NCBI GenBank assembly: GCA_963775685.1
Contig: CAVZJV010000014.1
Location: 288,001 to 352,000, forward strand
DNA: 64,000 bases
DNA from: Candidatus Bathyarchaeota archaeon
GTDB lineage: Archaea; Thermoproteota; Bathyarchaeia; Bathyarchaeales; Bathycorpusculaceae
Direction of reading: 5' to 3'
Position 1 is the first letter of the stretch; the number at the start of each line of letters is the position of its first letter. The position numbers were made by a program, and so were the translations under genes. Shown in pieces: positions 10,727 through 21,885 of this stretch. The notes under the pieces were generated by a model. That model was given only the letters and a program-made list of their open reading frames with translations, was not told the origin of the DNA and made no database searches.

Positions 10727-12675
10727 TACTTGAAGAATTCTCAGCATGGTTTGTTTGGGTTCTACCTCTCATGGCAAGCTTATTCGTACCCATAATCGGA
10801 AAATACAGTGACAAAGCCAGAAACTACTTTGTCGTCGCAATCGCAGCCATCACTGCGGCTCTGGCGCTTTCACTGGTGCCGAGTGTCTGGTCTGGAAACG
10901 GAACAGCCACAAATTTCAGTGTAAGTTGGATTCCAAGAATTGACGCTGGAGTGTACATTGATCCGCTCAGTGTGCTATTCACATGCCTTGTCGCATTCTT
11001 TGCATTAATCATCGCTGTCTACTCAATAGGCTATATGAAAGGTGAAGAAGGCTTAACACGGTACTACTACCTTATTCTGCTCTTTATCGGTTCCATGATT
11101 GGTTTAGTAATCTCTGACAATATGTTGCAGATGTTTATTTTCTGGGAAATGGTGGGCTTGTGCTCGTACGCTTTGATTTCGTTCTGGTACAAAAAACCCG
11201 AATCTATTAAGGCTGGTGTTAAAGTTTTCATAATGACTCGTATCGGCGACATTGCGTTGCTTGCTGCTATAGGAATCCTCTATTTGATGTTCACTACCTT
11301 CAGTTTCCATGGAGTAATAGGCGGTATCCAAGATGCAGCAACGGCAGGAACTTTGAATACGAGTCTTATGGTTGTTGTTGCGTTTTTGGTTTTAGGTGGT
11401 GCCATTGCGAAGTCTGCTCAGCTTCCTTTGTTCACTTGGCTCTATAGTGCCATGGAGGCGCCAACCTCTGTTAGCGCCCTCTTGCACGCAGCCACAATGG
11501 TTAAAGCAGGCATTTATTTGCTTGCGAGGTTCATACTCATATTCTCAGTAGCACCTGTACTAATAACTGCTCTAGGCACTCAGTTCTGGTTTGCGACTGT
11601 TTCATGGATAGGTGTCTTAACTGCATTAGTTGGAGCAACACTCGCATTAACAACTACTGACATCAAAGGAGTTCTTGCATACTCGACAGTAAGCCAAATT
11701 GGCTTTATGATGGCTGGCTTAGGCGCAGCTGTTGAAGGTGCTGCTTCTATTGGCTGGTTCGCAAGCTTGTTCCACATGGTAAGCCATGCTTTCTTCGAAG
11801 GACTTGGTTTCCTCATTGCAGGTGGGATAATACATGCCATCGGTACGCGCGACATGCGTTTAATGGGTGGTTTAAGGAAAACAATGCCCATTAGCTTCAT
11901 CTTGATGGCTATAATGATAATAACCACAAGCGGGCTTCCGCCCTTCGCCGCTTTCTTTAGCAAGGGATTAATCATCACCAGTGTAACTGACGCAGGAAGT
12001 CTTATCCAGACCATTTTGCTCTACGCGGGAACTGCAATCACCTTTGCGTACTGTGTCCGCATGTTCAGCTTAGTGTTTATGGGCAAAGAATCTGAGCATC
12101 TACAAAAGCAACATGTTCATGAATCGCCAAAAGTAATGCTTATTCCAGCAGCGGTACTGTCAGGTTTATGCATCGTTTGGGGCTTAGCAATGCCCTTTGT
12201 TTTGGACTTCATGTCAAAATCAGTGTTTACGGCAGAGTTGAACACCCTTGGAATCACTTTGCTTGGCTCATTAACCAGTCTTGAAACACCCATCTTCCTT
12301 GCGTTGCTAGTTCCCACAGGTTTGATCGCTTACTATTCATATTACAAGGGCTACCAAGGTGTTCGAAACGTTGCCGCAGGTAAAAACCCCATCTCAACAA
12401 TGCTCAGGCATGCCTTCTTCTTTGACGATTTATACGGTGGCGTAACCAGAGGGATTGAACGTTTCTCTGAAGGTCTTACACGGGTTGAAAATACCTTGTT
12501 TGGTCGGTACCCCGACTCTGCTGGCACCTCGGTGAGTCAAGCTGCAGAACCCGGGCACGTTACAACTTTGAAGAAGGGGCCATCATCTTCGTTTAGGAAT
12601 TATGTTGCTGCGGCAGTCGTTGGCTTTATCCTAATTGTTGTGTTGATAATATTAAAAACAGGTATAGGAGTCTAA
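10723..12675 (+). CDS. nuoL: NuoL/MrpA-like antiporter subunit
   Basis: FWEMVGLCSY, KSAQLP, AMEAPTSVSALLHAATMVKAG. Confidence 0.93.
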   Translation: MILEEFSAWFVWVLPLMASLFVPIIGKYSDKARNYFVVAIAAITAALALSLVPSVWSGNGTATNFSVSWIPRIDAGVYIDPLSVLFTCLVAFFALIIAVYSIGYMKGEEGLTRYYYLILLFIGSMIGLVISDNMLQMFIFWEMVGLCSYALISFWYKKPESIKAGVKVFIMTRIGDIALLAAIGILYLMFTTFSFHGVIGGIQDAATAGTLNTSLMVVVAFLVLGGAIAKSAQLPLFTWLYSAMEAPTSVSALLHAATMVKAGIYLLARFILIFSVAPVLITALGTQFWFATVSWIGVLTALVGATLALTTTDIKGVLAYSTVSQIGFMMAGLGAAVEGAASIGWFASLFHMVSHAFFEGLGFLIAGGIIHAIGTRDMRLMGGLRKTMPISFILMAIMIITTSGLPPFAAFFSKGLIITSVTDAGSLIQTILLYAGTAITFAYCVRMFSLVFMGKESEHLQKQHVHESPKVMLIPAAVLSGLCIVWGLAMPFVLDFMSKSVFTAELNTLGITLLGSLTSLETPIFLALLVPTGLIAYYSYYKGYQGVRNVAAGKNPISTMLRHAFFFDDLYGGVTRGIERFSEGLTRVENTLFGRYPDSAGTSVSQAAEPGHVTTLKKGPSSSFRNYVAAAVVGFILIVVLIILKTGIGV

Positions 12676-12679
12676 GAAA

Positions 12680-14269
12680 ATGACGCTTCCAATTCTTCTA
12701 GCAGTATTTGCAATTCCATCCTTAAGCATCCCATTAGTCTACTTCACCGGAAAGAAATCGCCTAAAGCAGCGGCCATCTTTGTTGCCTTAATCGCGCTCA
12801 TCAACATCGGCTTGGTTTTGTCAACTGTCCCAGCTGTTCTAAACAATGCAAGTCACCGCTACACTGAATCCTACGCTTGGATTCCTACATTAAACAGCAC
12901 GCAATTCTCTCTGTTCGTCGATGGGATAAGCGCTTCAGTTGCCCTAATCAGCTTAGTTCTTATCTTTGTGGCTGCATTGTTCTCGATTAATTACATGGCT
13001 GGAAAAAAGAACCTGCCCTCATACTACGCCCTGTTATGTATGCTCTCAGTTGGCTTAATTGGAGTCTTCCTGACTTCAAACTTGCTCCTATTCTACTTCT
13101 GTTGGGAACTTATGCTTGTCCCAGCCTATTTCATAGTGGGCGAGTGGGGATACCGAAATTCTTACAAATCTGCGTTTAAACTCTTCATATTCACCCATGC
13201 AGGTGCCGTCTTTGTCCTTTTAGGCATCGGAGCAATCTACTACCTAACAAACACCACCGACATGTTTGTAGCGCAAACTCAACTGATGACGGTCGCTCCC
13301 GATATAATAAAATGGATCCTAATCGCACTGACCGCGGGATTTGCCGTAAAAATGGCGGTTTTCCCAGTGCACATGTGGCTCCCCGATGCCCACTCGGAAG
13401 CACCCGCTCCAATGTCTGCCCTCCTAAGCGGAGTCATCATCAGCGCAGGAGCTTACGCAATTTTACGCTTATCCTTCGGCATTGTTTTTCCAGCAGTCGG
13501 AGTAGCGTTTGGAACAGGTTTCCTTGAAGCATTATCAATTATCGGAGTAATCACAGCGTTTTTCGGGTCATTCCTTGCGTTGGTTGCAACTGACATAAAA
13601 CGTCTCATCGCCTACTCAAGCATCGCCCACATGGGCTACATCATGTTCGGTCTCTCGCTCTTCCCAGTGAGCTTAGCCGCTGGAACAGCCGTTTTGTTAG
13701 TTTCAGCAACCGCCATAACGGGAACAGTTTTGCATATCATCACTCACGCTGCAAGCAAAGGCCTCTTCTTCCTTACCGCAGGCGGAATCATGCATCAAAC
13801 CGAAGAGAGAGACATTCGTAAAATGGGTGGCTTAGCAGGCAAGATGCCGTTCTCAGCTGTCTCAGGAACTATAGCGGCGTTGAGCATTGCCGGAGCACCT
13901 CCATTGGCCTGCTTTATCAGTGAATTTCTCATATTCGTGGGCGCAATTCAAATCATAAATGCAACTGGCGGTCTTAGCAGCTTCTACATCATACCCACTG
14001 CTCTTATGCTAATAGCAACTGTGTTCTCACTGGCCTATGCGCTTAGGTTCATTTCAAAAGTGTTCCTTGGACAACCCAAAGATGTTCATGGCGTTGAAGA
14101 AGGCGAAGTGATAGCAACGGAAGCTGGACATGAAAAACACAAGATCATCGATATACCAAACTATATGAAGATCGCATTGGCAATCTTGGTAGTTTTGGTG
14201 GTTATCATAGGAATCTATCCGACGTTCTTTATGAATCTAATACAAACAGTAACATTCGGACCGGTGTAA
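12680..14269 (+). CDS. nuoM: NuoM-like antiporter subunit
   Basis: WELMLVP, HMWLPDAHSEAP, KRLIAYSSIAHMG. Confidence 0.92.
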   Translation: MTLPILLAVFAIPSLSIPLVYFTGKKSPKAAAIFVALIALINIGLVLSTVPAVLNNASHRYTESYAWIPTLNSTQFSLFVDGISASVALISLVLIFVAALFSINYMAGKKNLPSYYALLCMLSVGLIGVFLTSNLLLFYFCWELMLVPAYFIVGEWGYRNSYKSAFKLFIFTHAGAVFVLLGIGAIYYLTNTTDMFVAQTQLMTVAPDIIKWILIALTAGFAVKMAVFPVHMWLPDAHSEAPAPMSALLSGVIISAGAYAILRLSFGIVFPAVGVAFGTGFLEALSIIGVITAFFGSFLALVATDIKRLIAYSSIAHMGYIMFGLSLFPVSLAAGTAVLLVSATAITGTVLHIITHAASKGLFFLTAGGIMHQTEERDIRKMGGLAGKMPFSAVSGTIAALSIAGAPPLACFISEFLIFVGAIQIINATGGLSSFYIIPTALMLIATVFSLAYALRFISKVFLGQPKDVHGVEEGEVIATEAGHEKHKIIDIPNYMKIALAILVVLVVIIGIYPTFFMNLIQTVTFGPV

Positions 14270-14273
14270 GCAC

Positions 14274-15797
14274 ATGGTACAAGTACAAATCTTAGACATA
14301 ATATTGCCGATATTCACTCTGGTAATTGCATCATTGCTTACCATACCAATATTTAGAATAATCCGAAAACAAAACAACCATAAAACTGCCTTGACATTAG
14401 GCTGGTTCTTAGCGGTCTTTTTAATTGCAGGTATAACTGTAGCCAATCTCGCGTTGACCTATTACAGCACAGCCAACCCTTCAGCCTTAAACTTGGCTTT
14501 AGATGGCAGCATATCAACGGCAATCACCAGTTCTTTCCTGATAGATGCCCTCTCAATCTACATGGCAATAATCATCGTTGGAATAAGCGCAGTAATTACT
14601 GTCTATAGCGTGTTTTTTGTTAACTCAAATGAGAGACCGTCGGATCGATATTTTGCCATAATGCTCATTCTCACTGCAGCGTTACTGGGCGCGGTTCTTT
14701 CAGGAGACCTTTTGACCTTCTTCATATTCTGGGAAGCAGCCACAGCAGCTGCAGCGTTTCTAATGATGTACCGCAAGAACGCGTTTAGCCTCAATGCAAC
14801 CCTAAAGTTCCTCGTCATGGTCATAATTGCCTCGGCGTTTGTGCTTTTTGGGCTCTCAATCGTTTACGGGTTAACCGGAAGCCTCAACTACACTGCTGTC
14901 CGAGAAGCCTTAACTGGAACTGTTGCTGCAGACCAAAATCTGCTCATCATAGCCTTCGTGTTCATAGCTGCTGGCTATGCAATTGAAGCTGCAATTGTAC
15001 CTTTTCACTTCTGGCTTCCAGACGCGTACACAGCCGCTCCAGCTCCATCAGCGGCGTTCCTTTCGGCGTTGGTCGACCAGGGCAGCTACTACATCGTTAT
15101 CAGAATACTGCTCTACATTATCATTCCGACTGGTCCAAACCAGGTGTTAGATTGGACCCTCATGTTGGCTATTCTCGCTGGGTTAACCATGGTTGTTGGT
15201 AACATCTTTGCGCTTATCCAAAACGACGTAAAACGCCTAATCGCGTACATCTGCGTTGCTGATGTAGGCTACAATCTTGTCGCAATCACAAGCATAAAGT
15301 CGCTTGGCCTGGAAGGCAACCTCTACTTCTTCCTGATAGGCGGCTTAACAACAGCCTTAGCTTTCATGGCAATCGGCATCATAAACAATTATGGTATCAG
15401 AACTCTTAGCGACTTCGCTGGGTTTGGTAAGAAAGCACCTCTGGTCAGCTTAGCTATAGTAATTGCCGGCTTGTCTTTTGCTGGTGTTCCTCCGCTTGGT
15501 GGATTTATAGGTAAATACCTCGTCTTCACCGCGGCTCTGCAAGCAAACTTGGCGTGGCTAGCTGTTATCGGAGTCTTAACGTCTGTGTTGCAAACCGCCT
15601 ATATCTTCCGTATTATGAACGTGATGTATTCAAAGAAACCCAAAGATGAAATCGCTCTAAAAGAAAACAAGCACATCCTAATTCCCGTCTTCATCCTTGT
15701 TGCCGCACTCTTCATTTTGGGGTTGTTCCCTGATCTTGTCTTGCAACTGATCGCGCCAGCCGCACACCAACTATCCGCTCTAATACCCTCAATATAA
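14274..15797 (+). CDS. nuoN: NuoN-like antiporter subunit
   Basis: PFHFWLPDAY, GVPPLGGFIGK. Confidence 0.9.
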   Translation: MVQVQILDIILPIFTLVIASLLTIPIFRIIRKQNNHKTALTLGWFLAVFLIAGITVANLALTYYSTANPSALNLALDGSISTAITSSFLIDALSIYMAIIIVGISAVITVYSVFFVNSNERPSDRYFAIMLILTAALLGAVLSGDLLTFFIFWEAATAAAAFLMMYRKNAFSLNATLKFLVMVIIASAFVLFGLSIVYGLTGSLNYTAVREALTGTVAADQNLLIIAFVFIAAGYAIEAAIVPFHFWLPDAYTAAPAPSAAFLSALVDQGSYYIVIRILLYIIIPTGPNQVLDWTLMLAILAGLTMVVGNIFALIQNDVKRLIAYICVADVGYNLVAITSIKSLGLEGNLYFFLIGGLTTALAFMAIGIINNYGIRTLSDFAGFGKKAPLVSLAIVIAGLSFAGVPPLGGFIGKYLVFTAALQANLAWLAVIGVLTSVLQTAYIFRIMNVMYSKKPKDEIALKENKHILIPVFILVAALFILGLFPDLVLQLIAPAAHQLSALIPSI

Positions 15798-16343
15798 GAC
15801 CAATCAAAGTTTCAACTGCCTATGGTAAGCACCTGTGTTTGATAGCTGCCAAGAGTGTGAACCGAGGTTGGAAAAGCCTCTTTATTTCTTTTTTCATCAG
15901 TAAGATTCGTCTCGTTCTATTTTTGTTTTGATAACTTGTTGAATTGACAAAAAATTAAGAATTTTTTAAATTAGGAACTTTTTTGTTTCAGGAAAAAGTT
16001 GTTCTTGGGGGGTTTTTGCTGTTTGAAAACTCGGCGTGATTAACTTGATTTTGAGGCAAATAAACGAAGGGAAATATTCAATTCTTTTGATTGTAAAAGA
16101 AGAAATTGTTGGTGAAAGCGGTGTTTTCTTTTTCTCGATTGCTAAAGATTGCTTTATTTCAAGATGGGTAGGCGTAATATTACTCGGGGGCGAGTTTATT
16201 TAAGCAACAGCTTGTTCGCTTTAGAGGAAAATTTGATTGGGTTTTTGTTAAATTGAAGAACAACATCAGTTGTTTTTGCAAAATTGGATCTGCTTGTTTT
16301 GGGTTGGTTTTGTTGTTTGGGCTTTGGATCGGTTGCAGGTTGC

Positions 16344-16409
16344 GGCTAGGAATGGCTAGGAATGGCTAGGAATGGCTAGGAATGGCTAGAACTGGATAGA
16401 AATGGTTGG
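16344..16409. repeat. 10-bp tandem repeat (GGCTAGGAAT)x4 plus degenerate copies
   Basis: Directly visible in the sequence. Confidence 0.95.
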
Positions 16410-16430
16410 ATGTTTTGTTGCAGATGAGTT

Positions 16431-16567
16431 CAGTTGCAGTTGCAGTTGCAGTTGCAGTTGCAGTTGCAGTTGCAGTTGCAGTTGCAGTTGCAGTTGCAGT
16501 TGCAGTTGCAGTTGCAGTTGCAGTTGCAGTTGCAGTTGCAGTTGCAGTTGCAGTTGCAGTTGCAGTT
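16431..16567. repeat. Hexanucleotide microsatellite (GCAGTT)x22 plus a partial unit
   Basis: Directly visible perfect 137-bp tract. Confidence 0.98.
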
Positions 16568-16611
16568 AACTGACGTGTAAGCTTTAGTGGTGAGTTAGGG
16601 TTGGGTTTTGG

Positions 16612-17854
16612 TTATTTTCGGATTTGTCCATTGCCCAAAATGACGTATTTAGTTGTGGTTAGATGCTGTAGACTCATTGGTCCTCTTGCATGTAGTTTTT
16701 GGGTGCTGATTCCGATTTCTGCGCCTAAGCCGAATTGGTTGCCGTCGGTGAATCGTGTAGATGCATTCCAGTAGACTGCGGCGGAATCGATTTCTTTTAT
16801 GAATTGCATTGCTTTGCCAAAGTCGGCTGTTAGGATACTGTCAGAGTGATGGGTGCCGTACTTGTTAATGTGGGCAATGGCGTTCGTCTAAGTCCTTAAC
16901 GACTTTAACGCCTATTATCAAGTCAAGGTATTCTGTGCCCCAATCCTCTTCATTTGCCGCTTTAATGTCGGGGACAATTTTTCGGGTTTCTTCGTCACCA
17001 CGGACCTCCACGCCGTTTTTGCGCAACTCTGCAATTACCTCGGGTAAGTAGTGCTTAGCGATTTTATTGTGGACTAGTAGTTTCTCTGCGGCATTGCATG
17101 TTCCGGGTCGCTGGCATTTGGCGTTGATGACGATGGGCGTTGCTTTTTTCAGATCTGCGTCTTCTTCAACGTATACATGGCAGTTGCCAGTTCCGGTTTC
17201 GATGACGGGAATCCGCGCCTTCTCAACAACAGTTTTGATTAAGTCGGCGCCTCCTCTGGGAACCAAGACGTCGATGTATTCGCGCATGCCCATTAGCTCT
17301 TCTGCAACCTTACGGTCAGGTGAAGGCACAATTTGGAGTGCGTCTACGGGCACGTTTGTTGTTGCCAATGCTTCTTGGAGCACTTCAACGATTGCGATGT
17401 TGGAATTTAAAGCGTCTGAACCTCCGCGAAGAATAACGGCGTTGCCTGATTTTATGCAGATGCCTGCTGAATCAGAAGTTACATTGGGGCGGGATTCGTA
17501 TATTACGCCAACTACTCCGAGGGGAACGCGAACTTGGCTTATTATAAGGCCATTGGGGCGTGTCCAGGTGCTCAGAATGGAACCGATCGGGTCAGGTTGA
17601 GCTGACACTTCTCTTAGTTCTTTAGCCATCGTTTGAATTTTCTTTTGGTCCAAGGCCAAACGATCAAGCAACGTAGCTTTGACGCCTTTAGCTTTGGCTG
17701 CTTCTACATCTGCCTTGTTAGCGGCTAAAATCTTCTCAGAATTCGCTTCGAGGGCATTTGCCATTCTGCAAAGAGCAGTGTTTTTTGCCTCTGAGGAGAG
17801 CTTGCCCATCTCAAATGCTGCAGCTTTGGCTTTTCTGCATATTTCTTGTATCAT
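16612..17854 (-). CDS. proA: Gamma-glutamyl phosphate reductase, with a 1-bp frameshift near 16882
   Basis: [26 protein letters not shown]; the C-terminal [25 protein letters not shown] lies in a second frame. Confidence 0.92.
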
Positions 17855-18981
17855 TTTATTTCCTCAATCAGGTGTATGTTTCGGTGCTCGACAATCTCTT
17901 TTGGTTTGTTGACGCCGAGTTTTTTATGTACTTCTTTTACTTGTAAGCCTTTAATTAGGTTTAGCTGGCTGCTGTTGTAGTTGGGGTTGCCTCTGGCGAA
18001 TTCAATTTCGTTTTCATCTTGAAGGCTCACTACGTCTCCTATATCAAAGATTCCGCTGATACCTGTTACTCCAACGGGCAAAAGGCTGGAACCTTCCAAG
18101 ATCGCCTTCTTTGCGCCTTCGTTAACATGAATGCTGCCTTTCACTGAAGCGCCATATGCAATCCAACGCTTAACAGCCGGCATGCGATTTTGGGGCTTAA
18201 AGTAGGTGCCAACGCCTTTTCCAGCTAGGATATCCAAAATTACGTTTTCTTTTCGGCTGTTAGCTATAACCACTGGGATGCCGCAGGAGGTGGCGATTTC
18301 GGCGGCTTTAATTTTGCTCTGGATACCGCCTCTGCCCGATTTGTTTTTGCCATTAAGTGACTTTTTCAGTTTGGTCGTAATTTCTTCAACTGTATTTATT
18401 AGTTCAGCTCCAGACTGCGTGGGGTCGGCGGTGTATAAGCCTTCAACATCGGAGAGAATAATTACTAAATCGGCGCAGAGTGCCCCTGCAACTAGCACAG
18501 AGAGGATGTCGTTGTCGCTAAAATTTATCTTGTAGCCTTCCGTTCGCATTAGTTCATCTATTGAAACTACGTCGTTTTCATTAATTATTGGAACGACCCC
18601 AATCTTTAGGAGCAAACCCAGCACATCGCATGTGTGAACATAGGAGGTCCTGTTGGAGAGGTCTTCTGCTGTTAAGAGTATCTGGGCAACTTTTAAATCG
18701 AATTTCTTAAAGATCTCTCGATACTTTGCCATAAGGACACTTTGTCCTGTAGCTGCGGCTGCTTGCTGGAAAGCAACATCTTTGGGTTTAGGGGGAATTC
18801 CAAGTTCAGCGATGCCTGCGGCAACTGCACCTGAAGTCACCAAAACTATTTTGTCGCCTTGTTTGGTTGCAGTAGCTATTTGGCGAGCTAGGTTTTCCAT
18901 TTCTGTTAGGTCCAGTTTTCCTTTGCTGGTTGTTATGCCGTTTGTGCCAACTTTAACAACCGTTAATCTTGAAGGCATCAC
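17851..18981 (-). CDS. proB: Glutamate 5-kinase with PUA domain
   Basis: VVKVGT, TSGAVAAG, PIINENDVV, DNDILS. Confidence 0.95.
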   Translation of the reverse strand: MMPSRLTVVKVGTNGITTSKGKLDLTEMENLARQIATATKQGDKIVLVTSGAVAAGIAELGIPPKPKDVAFQQAAAATGQSVLMAKYREIFKKFDLKVAQILLTAEDLSNRTSYVHTCDVLGLLLKIGVVPIINENDVVSIDELMRTEGYKINFSDNDILSVLVAGALCADLVIILSDVEGLYTADPTQSGAELINTVEEITTKLKKSLNGKNKSGRGGIQSKIKAAEIATSCGIPVVIANSRKENVILDILAGKGVGTYFKPQNRMPAVKRWIAYGASVKGSIHVNEGAKKAILEGSSLLPVGVTGISGIFDIGDVVSLQDENEIEFARGNPNYNSSQLNLIKGLQVKEVHKKLGVNKPKEIVEHRNIHLIEEIK

Positions 18982-19145
18982 TCAATCCCTTGCATGTACA
19001 GACTTATTTGAAATAGGTTTGACTTGCTTAAAAATGCAACCAAATATGTGCGCCAAAATTTTGTTTTTATTTATTTAAAATTCATATTTTTCCATTACAC
19101 TCTTCTAAAGCTTTTAGAAAAATATATAAGGAAAATGGACATGGC

Positions 19146-21365
19146 TTGTTGAACATGTTCATACCTTTACAAGCATTAGCAACATTAACAATTAATCCTG
19201 TTGTCTTTTGGATTGCCCCAATCGCTGGCATAATCGCTGTTCTTGCTTCTTTACTGCTCATGTACCGAATTAGCAAAATGAGTCCAGGTGGACCAAAAAC
19301 AGTTGAAGTCGGCAACGCAATCAGGGAAGGCGCCTACGCTTTCCTTAAAAGGCAATACAAAACAATCGCCATAATTACAGTAGTTATTTTTGTTCTACTG
19401 TGGGTCGCTTTGCCAAGCGGTCCTTACGGTGTAGGCACCGCAGCAGCGTTCTTGGTGGGCGCAGTTGCCTCCTTGGCCGCAGGCTACATCGCTATGGATA
19501 ACGCGACTAAGGCAAACGTCCGTACCGTGGCTGCAGCCAAAGATTATGGTGCTGAGAAAGCGCTTAAAACCGCGTTTTATGGTGGGGCCACTATGGGTAT
19601 GGCGGTTGTCGGTTTATCTTTGTTGGGCGTAAGTTTTCTATTTTTGCTTTACGGTGGCTTTAACGCCATGTTCAACACTTTGGATGTCACTGCAGCTGCC
19701 CAACTTGGAAGAGACGCAGCAAGCGGAATCGTCGGCATGGGTTTTGGCGCCTCGCTTATTGCGTTGTTTGCTCAGCTTGGAGGAGGAATATACACTAAAG
19801 CCGCAGATGTCGGCGCAGACCTTGTAGGCAAGGTTGAAGCTGGCATTCCTGAAGATGACCCACGTAACCCTGCAGTCATCGCTGACAACGTCGGCGATAA
19901 CGTTGGTGACTCAGCTGGAAGAGGCGCAGACTTATTCGAATCAGCCACAGGGGAGAACATCGGAGGCATGATTATCGGCGGTTTAATCAGCATCGCCACA
20001 GGAAACTTGATCTTCCTGATTTTCCCTCTAATCGCACGCGCTTTAGGTATCTTTGCAACTTTAATCGGCATGCCTTTTGTAAAGCTTAGCGAAGCAGAAG
20101 CCAAACACCCTATGAAAGCTCTGCGAAAAGGCTTAATGGTTACAACCATAGTTTCAGGAATTCTGTTCTTGTTTGCCACAATTTTCCTCTTAGGCGAAGG
20201 CTCATTTTCCATGACCTTCCTCTACCTGTACTTCTGTTTACTTGCAGGTTTAGCCGCAAGCGTTGCCATTGACTACATCACGGACTACTACACAGGAAGC
20301 GACCGCGGTCCAGTTGGAAGAATAGCTAAAGCCAGCGAAACAGGCGCTGCAACAAACATCATTACAGGCTTCGCAGTCGGACTTGAAACGACAATGCTTC
20401 CAATAGTCTCGCTGGTCATAGCCCTTATCGTATCGTACTTCTTTGGAACACAATTCGCGTCTTCATGGAACCTAACTCACCCAACCCAAATCATTGACCC
20501 ATTCATAGGCGGCATCTATGGAACCACTCTTGCAACAATGGGCATGCTCGCAGTTATGGGCATGGTCTTGGCCCTCGACGGCTTTGGACCAATCGCCGAT
20601 AACGCCGCAGGTATCGCACAAATGTCCGGTGAAGGCGGCGCAGAAGCAACCATGGAAGCTCTCGATGCAGTTGGAAACACAACCAAAGCCCTAACAAAAG
20701 GCTTCGCCCTTGGCTCAGCACTACTCGCAGCCCAACTGCTCTTCCAAACATACGCATCAGAAGTTACACTACGAACAGGCGTACCCTTCATTGTAGACAT
20801 CTCCAACCCCGCAGTACTAATCGCAGGCTTCATCGGCGCCATGCTACCATTCTTCTTCAGTTCACAGGCCATCAGCGCAGTAGGAAAAGCAGCAGCAGAA
20901 ATGGTTGCTGAAGTCAGACGACAATTCAGAGAAATCCCCGGAATCATGGAAGGTACAGGCAAACCTGAATACGGCAAAGCAGTAGACATCAGCACAAAAT
21001 CCGCGCTCAAAGGCATGGTACTTCCAGGACTAATCATCGTGATTGTCCCAATCATCGTAGGTGTCCTATTAGGTCCAGAAGCAGTAGGAGCACTCGTAAT
21101 CGGCGCAACACTATCAGCAGTCCCTCTTGCACTGTTCATGAACACTGGCGGAGGAGCATGGGATAACGCAAAGAAATTCATTGAATCAGGCCATTACGGT
21201 GGCAAAGGCAGCCCAGCACACGCTGCAGCAGTAGTTGGTGACACAGTCGGTGACCCACTCAAAGATACAGCAGGACCAAGCCTACACGTACTCATAAAAC
21301 TATTGAGCACACTTTCAATAGTATTCATCCCGCTGTTCCTAAACCTGCTACAACTGATCCATTAA
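19146..21365 (+). CDS. hppA: Membrane pyrophosphatase (H+-PPase, K+-independent signature)
   Basis: DVGADLVGKVEAGIPEDDPRNPAVIADNVGDNVGD; GNTTK motif. Confidence 0.96.
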   Translation: MLNMFIPLQALATLTINPVVFWIAPIAGIIAVLASLLLMYRISKMSPGGPKTVEVGNAIREGAYAFLKRQYKTIAIITVVIFVLLWVALPSGPYGVGTAAAFLVGAVASLAAGYIAMDNATKANVRTVAAAKDYGAEKALKTAFYGGATMGMAVVGLSLLGVSFLFLLYGGFNAMFNTLDVTAAAQLGRDAASGIVGMGFGASLIALFAQLGGGIYTKAADVGADLVGKVEAGIPEDDPRNPAVIADNVGDNVGDSAGRGADLFESATGENIGGMIIGGLISIATGNLIFLIFPLIARALGIFATLIGMPFVKLSEAEAKHPMKALRKGLMVTTIVSGILFLFATIFLLGEGSFSMTFLYLYFCLLAGLAASVAIDYITDYYTGSDRGPVGRIAKASETGAATNIITGFAVGLETTMLPIVSLVIALIVSYFFGTQFASSWNLTHPTQIIDPFIGGIYGTTLATMGMLAVMGMVLALDGFGPIADNAAGIAQMSGEGGAEATMEALDAVGNTTKALTKGFALGSALLAAQLLFQTYASEVTLRTGVPFIVDISNPAVLIAGFIGAMLPFFFSSQAISAVGKAAAEMVAEVRRQFREIPGIMEGTGKPEYGKAVDISTKSALKGMVLPGLIIVIVPIIVGVLLGPEAVGALVIGATLSAVPLALFMNTGGGAWDNAKKFIESGHYGGKGSPAHAAAVVGDTVGDPLKDTAGPSLHVLIKLLSTLSIVFIPLFLNLLQLIH

Positions 21366-21463
21366 GACAACGAAAACATTAGGGAAGTTTTTTCTTCCCA
21401 AAACTTAATATTTTTTTGAATTTTTGGTTTTTTTTAAATTAATCCATCTTTGATTAAGTAAAA

Positions 21464-21802
21464 TTAGGCTACTGGAGTGCTTTGAGGCATCTTGCCCTTG
21501 AAGCCTTCAATCTTGATTTGCTTTGCCATCTCCATGCCTGTGTCAGTTAGATTAAACAACTTGTATCTGTTGCGCCCATCCCTTGTAAGCTTATCTTCTT
21601 CTCTGAAGAGTCCGGCCTTTGCTAATATTTCACACATGTTAATATCCATCGATTGGATGGGGCTGCCTAAACTTTGGTCTAAAAGACTCAAGGTTTGGTC
21701 TTTGCTATTTAATGCAGCCAGAAGGCAACCTTTGAGGGGTTCAATTAATTGTTGTATGTAGTTACACATGTATTCCTGAAGAGTTTGCACCATAAAAAAC
21801 AC
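21464..21802 (-). CDS. Hypothetical protein, probable winged-helix fold
   Basis: LAKAGLF...YKLFNLTDTG wing-like pattern. Confidence 0.55.
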   Translation of the reverse strand: MFFMVQTLQEYMCNYIQQLIEPLKGCLLAALNSKDQTLSLLDQSLGSPIQSMDINMCEILAKAGLFREEDKLTRDGRNRYKLFNLTDTGMEMAKQIKIEGFKGKMPQSTPVA

Positions 21803-21885
21803 CTAAGAATTATTTAATTAATCAAGGAAGCGAAAGGATTTAAGTTTTGCCTACCCACTGTTTTCCAAAATAGAGTTGTCTCAGC

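Noticed and set aside
16344-16567. Possible CRISPR array
   Set aside because: These are tandem repeats without spacers, and there are no cas genes.
17067-21181. Long antisense ORFs over proBA and hppA
   Set aside because: They are shadow frames of well-supported genes.
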